Position numbers and translations under genes: made by a program. The notes below the pieces were generated by a model, which saw only the letters and a program-made list of their open reading frames with translations, did no database searches and was not told the origin of the DNA. Source: Octopus sinensis (taxonomy: Eukaryota). From it: DNA of 64,000 nucleotides. Positions 36,876-48,039 of this stretch are shown in pieces (the first letter of the stretch is position 1; each line of letters starts with the position of its first letter). The stretch covers positions 2,914,001-2,978,000 of the forward strand of contig NC_043023.1 in NCBI RefSeq assembly GCF_006345805.1, written 5' to 3'.

Positions 36876-37009
36876 GCTTCGTTCTGAGTTCAAATTGTGC
36901 CAAGCTCAACTTTGCCTTCTATTCTTTTAGGCTCTATAGAATAAGAGATGGTCTGAACAGACAGATATAAAGACACACACACACACACATATATATGTAT
37001 ATATACACT

Positions 37010-37340
37010 GTGGGCTTCTTTCAGTTTTCATCTATGAAATCCACTCACAAGACGCTTGTCCAAGATACCACGCAGTGGGACTGAACCTGGAACCATGTTA
37101 TTGGGAAAGAAACTTCTTATCACACAGTTACACATGTACCTATGCAGTAAGTTTACAGGAAACAGGATATTTTTGCAGCTGTATGGAAGCACTTACACAC
37201 GCACTTATATGATAATAGGCTTCTTGCAGTTTCCACCTGCCAAATCAACTCACAACGCATTGATCAACACAGATCTATTGAAGAAACTTCTGCAAGGGTG
37301 GCACACAGCAGGATTGAACCTCAGACCACATGGCTGGAAT
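37010..37340 (-). mobile_element. Two diverged SINE-A 5' halves
   Basis: Head fragments at 37010-37140 and 37215-37340. Confidence 0.65.
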
Positions 37341-37465
37341 GCGAATTTATGTTGTATGTATAGTTAATATGTAGAAAACTTGTTACAGAGATGTCACTAA
37401 TTTACAGAAAACTTGTGGAAAATTTGTAACAAATGTTTAGAAACCAAGGAGCAAGCTTACTCTTT

Positions 37466-37775
37466 TACTTGTTTCAAGTTGACCAAAATTGAGAGTATGA
37501 TAGAAGGCTTGCTCTTCCTTCTGTAGAAGAAAAAAATTCAAATCGAACCATGTTAACACCAAAAATTATTTACATAAAAAAGTCTTTATTCTATGAAAAT
37601 CCTTATTTTTCACAAATTTTTGACTGCTGTGTTGCCATTTTTCGGTGTATTTCAACTGGAAAAATGTTAACTTAAAGAGAATAACAAGCTACATAATGCA
37701 AAATTTTTACTTTAAAAAATTTCAATTCTAAAGGGTCGAAACAAACCGAGCAATGCAGGGCAATACTGCTAGTTT
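37466..37775 (-). mobile_element. Helitron-like element (same family as 27821-28212)
   Basis: Reverse complement match, ends gcaatactgctagt. Confidence 0.7.
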
Positions 37776-37892
37776 ATAGGAAATTTGAAGCAACATCTGG
37801 AAATTTGGGATCAAGCTTGAAGGAAATTTGTAGAAATTTTCTTGTAGCAAATTTGCAGAAGTGCATTGTAGCAAATTTATGGTGTAAATGTA

Positions 37893-38860
37893 TTGAGTTG
37901 TCTGGAAAGTTCTTGCCAATTTTTAATGGAAAGGAAAAAGTCAATAAGTACTTGCGTAGGAGTGGCTGTGTGGTAAGTAGCTTACTAACCACATGGTTCC
38001 GTGTTCAGTCCCACTGCATGGCACCTCGGGCAAGTGTCTTCTACTATAGCCCCGGCCGACCAAAGCCTTGTGAGTGGATTTGGTAGACGGAAACTGAAAG
38101 AAGCCCATCGTATATATGTATATATATATGTATGTGTGCATATGTTTGTGTGTCTGTGTTTGTCTCCCCAACATCACTTGACAACCGATGCTGGTGTGTT
38201 TACATCCCTGTAACCTAGCAGTTCGGCAAAAGAAACTAATGGAATAAGTACTAATCTTACAGAGAATAAGTCCTGGGGTTGATTTGCTCGACTAAAGGTG
38301 GTGCTCCAGCATGGCCACTGTCAAATGACTGAAACGAGTAAAAGAGTAAAGAGCGAGTATTACATTTTTAATCAACCAAATATGAACCATTTTGTTGCAC
38401 AATGCATCTCCATCTTTCCTTTAACTTGAAAATACCCTCTTCCCAGAATTGAGGTGGTTTCATGGCAAAGAATTCATCAAGGTATCTTTTTACGACATCC
38501 AAGGAATTGAAATTTTTACCATTAAGACAATTCTGCAGAGACCTGAATAAGTGGAAATCTGAAGGAGCAATATCTGGTGAATATGGAGGGTGGGGTAACA
38601 CATTCCAGCCAAGCTGCAGCAATTTTTGTCTGGTTCCCAAAGCATCAAGTGCCGAAAATGAACTTTCTTATCTTCCATTTTAAAGGGTTACAGAATTAAC
38701 ATAGGTTATAGGAACAGAAACCTTCTTCCACGAAAAGATAGCTTAAACTGTGCTCTAAATGGAGGTGTAGTCAAATCCTATTTTATGGACTCAACCATGT
38801 TCTAAAATAAGTCGAAAGGTAAGCTATTATAAATCGGCACAAACTTTCCAGACAACCCAA
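37893..38860 (-). mobile_element. Second copy of the mariner MITE, with SINE-A (37953-38352) nested
   Basis: Same TIRs, TA duplication, same deletion junction as 6362-6926. Confidence 0.95.
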
Positions 38861-39673
38861 TAGTTAAATTGTAGAAAAACTTATAGTTAATACAAGTTAA
38901 TCAATACAAAATAACTACAGAAAATTTGTGGCAACATAGATGCAATAAATTTGTAGAAAATCAGTAAAAAATTTTGTAGCAATTTTATTTAAACTTGGGA
39001 GCAAGCTTGTAGCAAATTTGTAGAGGTATTTCTGTTGCAAATTTATGATGTAAATGTAGTTAATTTGTAGAAAATATGTAAAAAATTTTGTAGCAATTTC
39101 ATTGAAACTCGGGGGCAAGCTTGTAGCAAATTTATAGAGGTATTTCTGTTGCAAATTTATGATGTAAATGTAGTTAATTTGTAGAAAATCTGTTAAAAAT
39201 TTTGTAGCTTTTTTATTGAAACTTGGGAGCAAGCTTGTAGTAAATTTGTAGAGATATTTTTGTAGCAAATTTATGATGTAAATGTAGTTAATTTGTAGAA
39301 AATCTGTAAAAAATCTTGTAGCAATTTTATTGAAACTTGGCAGCAAGCTTGTAGCAAATTTGTAGAGGTATTTTTTTAGCAATTTATGATGTAAATGTAG
39401 TCAATTTGTTGAAAATCGGTAAAACATTTTGTAGCAGTTTTATTGAAACTTGGGAGCAAGCTTGTAGCAAATTTGTAGAGGTATTTTTGTAGCAAATTTA
39501 TAATGTAAATGTAGTTAATTTGTAGAAAATCTGTAAAAACATTTTGTAGCAGTTTTATTGAAACTTGGGAGCAAGCTTGTAGCAAATTTGTAGAGATATT
39601 TTTGTAGCAAATTTATGATGTAAATGTAGTTAATTTGTAGAAAATCTGTTAAACATTTTGTAGCAAGCTTGTA

Positions 39674-40055
39674 GGGTGCAGGAGTGGCTGTGTGGTAAGT
39701 AGCTTGTTTACCAACCACACGGTTCCGGGTTCAGTCCAACTGCATGGCACCTTGGGCAAGTGTCTTCTACTATAGCCTCGGGCCAACCAAAGCCTTGTGA
39801 GTGGATTTGGTAGACGGAAACTGAAAGAAGCTTATCGTATATATATATGCGTGTGTGTGTCTGTGATTGTCTCCCTAGCATTGCTTGACAACCGATGCTG
39901 GTGTGTTTATGTCCCCGTAACTTAGCAGTTCGGCAAAAGAGATCGATAGAATAAGTACTGAGCTTACAAAAGATTAAGTCCTGGGGTCGAGTTGCTCGAT
40001 TAAAGGTGATGCTCCAGCATGGCCGCAGTCAAATGACTGAAACAAGTAAAAGAGA
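39674..40055 (+). mobile_element. SINE-A inserted in the satellite
   Basis: Consensus match. Confidence 0.9.
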
Positions 40056-41435
40056 GAGGTATTCTTGTAGCAAATTTTTGATGTAAATGTAGTTAATTTG
40101 TAGAAAATCTGTAAAAAGTTTTGTAGCAGTTTTATTGAAACTTGGCAGCAAGCTTGTAGCAAATTTGTAGAGGTATTTTTGTAGCAAATTTATGATGTAA
40201 ATGTAGTTAATTTGTAGAAAATCTGTAAAAAATTTTGTAGTAGTTTTATTGAAACTTGGGAGCAAGCTTGTAGTAAATTTGTAGAGATATTTTTGGAGCA
40301 AATTTATGATGTAAATGTTGTTAATTTGTAGAAAATCTGTAAAAAAATTTGTAGCAGTTTTATTGAAACTTGGGAGCAAGCTTGTAGCAAATTTGTAAAG
40401 GTATTTTTGTAGCAAATTTATGATGTAATTGTAGTTAAATTGTAGAAAAACTTATAGTAAATAGATGTTAATCAATAAAAAATAACTACAGAAAATATAG
40501 ATGCAATAAATTTGTAGAAAATCTGTAGAAAATTTTGTAGCAGTTTTATTGAAACTTGGCAGCAAGCCTGTAGCAAATTTGTAGAGGTATTTTTGTAGCA
40601 AATTTTTGATGTAAATGTAGTTAATTTGTAGAAAATTTGCTGTAGATGTGTATCTAGTCTCTAAGAAACCTGTAAAACGCATGCAGTAGATGTTTGACAA
40701 ACAGATTTGTGAGGACGATAGAAAAAAAAATCAGTCTCTAGCATTCAAAACAGACAAAAGTGGGAGGCATAAACTCCATGTCAAAATTTGGTCTTTATTT
40801 GTGGTGACTGCAATATGGATTACCCCAATTGAATAGGCTTACACAGTCGTTGCATACGATGTGCCAGCATAACATGGTCTTAGGAACAAAACGAGCAGGA
40901 TGGAGGAGGAGGAAGGAGAATGGAAGAGGGAAGAAGAGGATGGAAAATGAATGGCCATTGTCTCTTAAGATGGATGGAGCCTGACAACGGAACGCACACG
41001 TATACATAAATCTTTATGCTCACGTACAGGCGTGTGTATGTATATTTATATATATACACACACCTTAAGCTCCGTGTATTAGATTAGCTGTGAAATTGCA
41101 ATCGATATGCATGAAGACAAGATGGCGGCGATTTATATCTTTGCAGCCATGTCATGTCGGATAAACGATGGCTTTTTTTGTTCAATGAAAGAGAGGGTCA
41201 GATAAACGAGATGGCGGGGAGGTCGCTGAAAAAGGAATTTCATGGACAACTGCTTTATTCACTACAACGCTTGCCACAAACATTTACCACCGATTTGCCA
41301 TTGAGTTCCTTAACATGGTTCCTAGCACAATTTCTATAGTTTTTGTCATAAACTCTTGACAAATTTCCTTTGTGTTTGCTACGTATTTCTTCCACTGTTA
41401 TTCCATAGCCCTTGGCCAGGTGTTAACGAGTATAC

Positions 41436-42240
41436 TCTTTTACTCTTTTACTTGTTTCAGTCATTTGACTGTGGCCATGCTGGAGCACCGCCTTTAGTCA
41501 AGCAAATAAACCCTAGGACTTATTCTTTGGAAGCCTAGTACTTATTCTATTGGTCTCTTTTGCTGAACCACTAAGTGATGGGGACATGAAAATAACAGCA
41601 TTTGACTGTGGCCATGCTGGAGCACTGCCTTTAGTCGAGCAAATCGACCCCAGGGCTTATTCTTTGTAAGCCCAGTACTTATTCTATGGGTCTCTTTTGC
41701 CGAACCACTAAGTGATGGGGACATAAACATACCAGCATTTGACTGTGGCCATGCTGGAGCACTGCCTTTAGTCAAGCAAATCGACCCCAGGAAATTATTC
41801 TTTGTAAGCCTAGTACTTATTCTATGGGTCTCTTTTGCCGAACCACTAAGTGATGGGGACATACACATACCAGCATTTGACTGTGGCCATGCTGGAGCAC
41901 TGCCTTTAGTCGAGCAAATCGACCCCAGGACTTATTCTTTGGAAGCCTAGTACTTATTCTATGGATCTCTTTTGCCGAACCGCTAAGTGATGGGGACATA
42001 AACAAACCAGCATTTGACTGTGGCCATGCTGGAGCACCGCCTTTAGTCAAGCAAATCGACCCCAGGACTTATTCTTTGTAAGCCTAGTACTTATTCTATC
42101 GGTCTCATTTCTCTTTTCTCTTTTACTCTGTTACTTGTTTCAGTCATTTGACTGTGGCCTTGCTGGAGCACCGCCTTTAGTCAAGCAAATCAACCACAGG
42201 ACAAACCTAGTACTTATTCTATCGGTCACATTTGCCGAAC
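41436..42240 (-). repeat. SINE-A 3' body amplified as 137-138-bp tandem units (~4.5 copies) plus a further fragment
   Basis: gcatttgactgtggcc at ~41598, 41735, 41873 and 42010. Confidence 0.9.
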
Positions 42241-42249
42241 CGCTTAGTT

Positions 42250-42362
42250 AGTAGCCCATGCTCTAAACCACTACACCATATGCCTGTGGGCATATGGCGT
42301 AGTGCATTAACCTTAAACGAGATGAGGACGAATATCCGTCAAATGTAAATAATGTAAATAAA
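42250..42362 (-). mobile_element. Family E fragment (hairpin head + inverted tail)
   Basis: ccatatgcctgtgggcatatgg hairpin; gatgaggacgaatatccgtcaaatgtaaataatgt tail. Confidence 0.7.
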
Positions 42363-42505
42363 GTCTGGAGTACTGGAGACATGACCACTCAATGCAAAGA
42401 AATGGTTCAGCTTAGAGAGACACCTTCATCTGTGAGCTGTGAATCTTATCGAGTAGTGTTGCTCCAGAGGCCCTTCAGAGCAGTGTTCTTCAACCATTTT
42501 TTACC

Positions 42506-42723
42506 TCGTTTACTCTTTTACTTGTTTCAGTCATTTGACTGTGGCCATGCTGGAGCACCGCCGTTAGTCGAGCAAATCGACCCCAGGACTTATTCTTTGT
42601 AGGCCGAGTACATATTCTATCAGTCGCTTTTGCCAAACCGCTAAGTTACGGGGACTTAAACACACCAGCATCAGTTGTCAAGTGATGTTGGTGAGACAAA
42701 CACAGACACACAAACATATACAA

Positions 42724-42754
<31 letters not shown>

Positions 42755-42990
42755 CACATATATGTATACATGACAGGCTTCTTTCAGTTTCCGTCTACCA
42801 AATCCACTCACAAGGCTTCGGTCAGCCTGAGGCTATAGTAGAAGACACTTGCTCAAGGTGCCACACAGTGGGACTGAACCCAGAACGATGTTGTTGGGAA
42901 GCAAGCTTCTCACCACACAGCCACATCTGTACCTACATGTATTTATATATATTTATAATATGTATATATATATATGTATATATATATACA

Positions 42991-43038
<48 letters not shown>

Positions 43039-43205
43039 ACATGACGGGCTTCTTTCAGTTTCCGTCTACCAAATCCACTCACAAGGCTTTGGTCGGCCTG
43101 AGGCTATAGCAGAAGACACTTGCCCAAGATACCACGCAGTGGACTGAACCTGGAACTATGTGGTTGGTAAGCAAGCTACTTACCACACAGCCACTCCTGC
43201 GCCTA
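42506..43205 (-). mobile_element. SINE-A plus a second 5' half separated by (TA)n
   Basis: 42506-42930 and 43040-43205. Confidence 0.85.
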
Positions 43206-43417
43206 TATATATATGTATGTGTGTTTGTATGAGTGCATGTGTGTGCATATATGTTTCTGAGCATGCATGTATGTGTGTATATGCATGTAGGTGCATGTTT
43301 GTATATGCAGGTATGCGTGTGTATGTGTGGGTGCCCACATGTCTGTGGTTATGTGTTTTTGCATGCTTGTATGTTTGTGTGTATGCATGTGTGCAGTTGC
43401 ATGTACATACATATATA

Positions 43418-43449
<32 letters not shown>

Positions 43450-43719
43450 CACGCACACATATAGAAATATACATACATTCACATGCACACATGAATTTTT
43501 GCTTACGCATGTATGTGTGTATATTTGTGCATGTGTGTGCATACGTGTTCATGTGGATTGCATCTGTGTGCATATGTGTGTACTTGTGCGTGCATACATG
43601 TTTGTGTGCATTGCATGTGTGTGTGCATTGCATGTGTGTAAATGTGTATACACATGTGGAAATATGTGCATTTTCACATATATACTTGTGTGTGTGTGTG
43701 CATGTACATGCATGTATGT

Positions 43720-44225
43720 GAACATTGTGTGTGTGTGTGTGTGTGTGCATCTACATGCATGTATGTGAACATGTGTGTGTGTGTGCATCTACATGCATGT
43801 ATGTGAACATGTGCGTGTGTGTGTGTGCATCTACATGCATGTATGTGAACATGTGTGTGTGTGTGTGCATCTACATGCATGTATGTGAACATGTGTGTGT
43901 GTGTGTGTGCATCTACATGCATGTATGTGAACATTGTGTGTGTGTGTGTGTGTGCATCTACATGCATGTATGTGAACATGTGTGTGTGTGTGTGCATCTA
44001 CATGCATGTATGTGAACATGTGTGTGTGTGTGTGCATCTACATGCATGTATGTGAACATTGTGTGTGTGTGTGTGCATCTACATGCATGTATGTGAACAT
44101 ATGTGTGTGTGTGTGCATCTACATGCATGTATGTGAACATGTGTGTGTGTGTGTGTGTGCATCTACATGCATGTATGTGAACATGTGTGTGTGTGTGTGT
44201 GTGCATCTACATGCATGTATGTGGC
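43720..44225. repeat. Minisatellite gcatctacatgcatgtatgtgaacat+(GT)n, ~13 units of 36-44 bp
   Basis: Constant 26-bp core with variable GT tract. Confidence 0.95.
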
Positions 44226-44365
44226 TGTTTGCGTATGTGCGTATCCGTTAGAACTGGACCAGGATGGCGCCGAGCATCAACACAACTGGAAATATTACAG
44301 AAAGAAGAGGAAGATGAAGAGAAAACAGAAAGGAATGGGAAAGAACAGGGAAGCAATTAATTTTT

Positions 44366-44378
44366 GTTGCCTAGCAAC
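44366..44378. promoter_or_regulatory. RFX X-box-like palindrome GTTGCCTAGCAAC
   Basis: Matches consensus GTNRCC-N0-3-RGYAAC, in unique CpG-containing sequence. Confidence 0.3.
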
Positions 44379-44554
44379 GAAAATAATTATTGCTCATCAA
44401 GGCATTTAACTGTCTTAGATATTAATTAGAATGATTATATGCGAAACACCTGCCCCCCAAGGTAAATTAAATTAAATAGTGAGCAACCGCAAACGAGTTT
44501 TCTACACTTCCTCCATCTTTCAGGTAAACTTGATATTTTGTAGGTGTAAACTGA

Positions 44555-45400
44555 TGAGGAAGCCTCTGCCTGGTCGGTCAATCTGCTGGAAATGATAGCC
44601 AGATCGTCCTCGAATTGAACTGAATTGCAGTATCTTGTTTTGAATGGAAGGAAGGATATTGTTGAGTGATTGCGGTCGTCATATTGCAGTGTAGCTGATA
44701 ATCAGTGGGGATGGTCATGGCTGGAACCTTTGATCATTGATCTGCTGGATCAGGACTGACCTGGGGCTAAACAACAATAACTAAATCCATTGACACTAAT
44801 TACTGTGATATACATTAAATAATATACTCCTAGATACACAATGCCTGAATAAATGATGGGATGGTCACAGCTGGAACATCTTTGATCATAGGTTTGGTGG
44901 ATCAGGACTGACCTGGGGCTAAAAACCAATAACATCTAAACCCACTGACATTAATTACTATGATATACATTAAATAATGTACTCCTAGATACACTATGCC
45001 TCATTAAAAGATGGGGTGGTCATAGATGGAACATCTTTGATCATAGGTTTGCTGAACCAGGACTGTCTTGGTGCTAAGCAACAACAACATCTAAAACTAA
45101 TTACTATACACTAGATAATGTGGTCCTTGGTACACTATGCCTGAATAAAAGATGGGATGGTCACATCTGGAACATCTTTTGATCATAGGTCAACTGGATC
45201 AGTACTGACCAGGGGTTAAGCAACAGCAACTATAGCCACAAATAGTAACTGCTATACTATACATTAGATAATGTAGTCCCAGATACACTAACACTATGCC
45301 TCTATAAAAGATGGGATGGTCACAGATGGAACATCTTTGATCATAGGTTTGCTGGATCAGGATTGACCTGGGGCTAAACAACAATAGCGACAAATAATAA
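44555..45400 (+). repeat. SINE family J copy followed by a tandem array of its ~150-bp 3' part
   Basis: Units at 44711, 44860, ~45015, 45156 and 45315. Confidence 0.85.
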
Positions 45401-45431
45401 CTACTAAACTGTACATTATACAATGATGTGA

Positions 45432-45570
45432 GTTCTGCCTAGGTTGACTTTGCCTTTCATTCTTTTGGGGTTGATAAAATAAGTACCAGTTGCACACTGG
45501 GGGTGATGAAATCAACTAAACCCCTTCCTTTCAAATTTCTGGCCTTGTGCCTTTAGTAGAAAAGGTTTTT
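45432..45570 (+). mobile_element. SINE-B variant fragment
   Basis: ggttgactttgcctttcattc..aagtaccagttgcacactgggg. Confidence 0.75.
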
Positions 45571-45575
45571 ATCTC

Positions 45576-45935
45576 AGCCTTAGCAAAGGCAGAGGTATTG
45601 TTTTTAGTTGTATTTGTTTGTTTGTCTATAGACAAGATATCTCAAGAACTGCCCGATGGATTCAAATGAAATTTTAAGGGATGTTTAGCCTCATGACTGG
45701 CATGAACTGATTAGATTTTGGAATTGATTCAATACCAAACAAGAATTCTGGACTATTTTTCCTGTTTTTTTACTTAATTTTTCAGAGCGGTTGGGTTCAT
45801 TTTTAGTATTCTCATTTCTGAGAGCAGTTGACTTCATTTCAGATATTTTCATTCTAAAAATCATCTCTGGATAATCATTGAGTGGACGTTGGTGTTGTCT
45901 TGGTGGAGGTTTATGCTCTCTGAGTGCTCCTGTCA
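45576..45935 (-). mobile_element. HINE/Helentron-like element (same family as 21830-22552)
   Basis: Reverse complement match. Confidence 0.65.
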
Positions 45936-45949
45936 TTATCATTTTTACT

Positions 45950-46275
45950 TTTAATCTGCATCTTTGTTACAATCACTTGCAAAACACACCCAACATCATG
46001 GGGCGAGTGAAAGATAAGAGATGTTACAATATGACTCAAAGCTTGGGGAGGGGTGGTCGTGAAATATCTTTATGTAATACAACACATTTAAATAGATAGG
46101 GTTTTTCTAAGGATGTCGGCAGTACTTGTCCGTACAATTTTTTTGATTTCTCTGAGACATGGTTCTCCTGGGATCTTATCTACACGTTTCTGACATCCCT
46201 TTTTTATCATACCTGGGGCACCTACAATAGCAGGAACAGTTGTTGTTTTAAGAACACCCCCCCTCTGATTCTCTA
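45950..46275 (-). mobile_element. 3' end of a restriction-like-endonuclease (R2/NeSL/HERO-type) non-LTR retrotransposon
   Basis: LKTTTVPAIVGAPGMIKKG..IPG..LREIKKIV..TADILRKTLSI* resembles the conserved RLE-LINE C-terminus. Confidence 0.7.
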
Positions 46276-46597
46276 CCTCCATATAAATATACGTACATAT
46301 ATATGAATATATATATATATATGTGTGTGTATATATATATATCAATTATAATAAAGGGTAAAATTAATTAATCAACTAGTAATTAATAATTTCACCAAGT
46401 AGAATTCGGCATGAAAAAGGACCACTTTTTGGTAAACTTAAACAATATTTTTAATTACGAGTATAATTATAATTAGGGTTCAGCAAAGATTTGCTTTACC
46501 ACCTACCGAAGTTTAGAAATAGCAGCCAAAGAACCGTATTTCTTCTACTATAAGAGAAGACTCCCAGACAAAACATATAAACAAAACATATGTATAA

Positions 46598-46630
<33 letters not shown>

Positions 46631-46647
46631 TTCAATATGTGATCGCG

Positions 46648-46848
46648 TGTGTATCGTTGGTGATTTTTTTTTCCTCCGTCTTCCCTTCCTTGGATCTTTC
46701 CTTTTCCTATGTTTCTGACGAAGAGCTCTGTTCAAAATGTTAAATCCACCTTCTGCCTTTCCTTTCCTGAGCGTCCAATAACACTATACTTGTTCCACGT
46801 CCTCGCATTGTTGTTTTCTCTTTGTGTTTTCATGTTCAGATTAACTAT
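46648..46848 (+). mobile_element. Penelope-like terminal repeat D2
   Basis: gttt-CTGACGA-a-gagc-tct-gttc at 46711-46733; homologous to 22738-22922. Confidence 0.65.
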
Positions 46849-46902
46849 ATATATATATATAGATAGATAGATAGGTAGATGGATAGATAGATAGATTGAT
46901 GC

Positions 46903-46936
<34 letters not shown>

Positions 46937-47489
46937 GATAGATCCCACCCCCTCTCTCTCTCTTTGTCCTTTACTCTCTCTCACCTTTAAACTGTTGTCA
47001 TGGTACCATAGACATTCCCAATATTTTTGACGTTTCATGTTTCACTTTCACATTTGGTCATATTTTTTTGGCACCGTTTTCTTTTATTATTTTTTCTTCC
47101 TTTTTTTAAAATTTTTTCTTCGTTTCTTTTTGAGTTTCCCTGAACATAGAACAATTTTGGTAAGAAAGGAACAAAGGAAGAATCTTTGCATTGAAATAAT
47201 AAGTCTGGGAATGTAGGAGGAGGGAATCAAAGAACGGAATCATAGCAGGGAAATACATGGAAACCGAGAAGATATGGTGTGGACGTCTAAGGCAAAAAAT
47301 ACACACACACACATGTGCTTGAATTCAAACACACTGACACGCCCTCACATAGACACACACACACACATACACTCATTCACACACTCATGTACATATACTC
47401 ACATGCACACATACATACATTCATTCATTTGTGGACATTCATGCACGCATAAACTTGCAGAACTAGCAAAAGTCCTCAATGATGATAAT

Positions 47490-47926
47490 GATGATAATAA
47501 TAATAATAACAAAAATAATAATAACAATAATGATAATGATAATAACAATAATGAGTAAATATATAAAAAAAGTTTTTGCATTTATCTTGAATATGTATGA
47601 AATAATAATAATAATAATAATAATAATAGTAATAGTAATAATAATAATAATAATAATAATGATGATAATAATAATAATAATAATAACAATAATAATAATA
47701 ATAATAACAATAATAATAATGATGATGATGACAATAATAATGATGATGATGATGATGATGATAATAATAGTAATAATAATAATAACAATAATAATAATAA
47801 TGACAGTAATAATAATGATGATAATAATAATTGCCACCAGGGCAGTGGATGAGTAAAATGTGGTGTAGTCAAATATAAAGTGAGACTTACATTGAATCAA
47901 ATAATTCAAAAAACAAAATAATAATA

Positions 47927-47988
<62 letters not shown>

Positions 47989-48000
47989 GATATTAATGAG
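47490..48000. repeat. (AAT)n/(GAT)n trinucleotide field
   Basis: Direct; source of poly-I and poly-L ORFs. Confidence 0.95.
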
Positions 48001-48039
48001 TGAAGAAGAAGTATAAAGAATAGTGTTAGATGGAAGAGA

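Larger units (their letters stand above)
37776..40640. repeat. 114-bp AT-rich satellite (tttgtag sub-repeats), interrupted by a mariner MITE and SINE-A
   Basis: gcaagcttgtag at 39001, 39115, 39229, 39343, 39456, 39571, 40148, 40262 and 40376. Confidence 0.9.

Noticed and set aside
41436-44225. CRISPR-like appearance of the 137-bp and ~40-bp arrays
   Set aside because: Eukaryotic context, no unique spacers, no cas genes; units derive from a SINE or dinucleotide repeats.
44553-44620. CTGATGA followed later by GAAA as a hammerhead
   Set aside because: No stem II closing pair; the sequence is the degenerate head of SINE family J.
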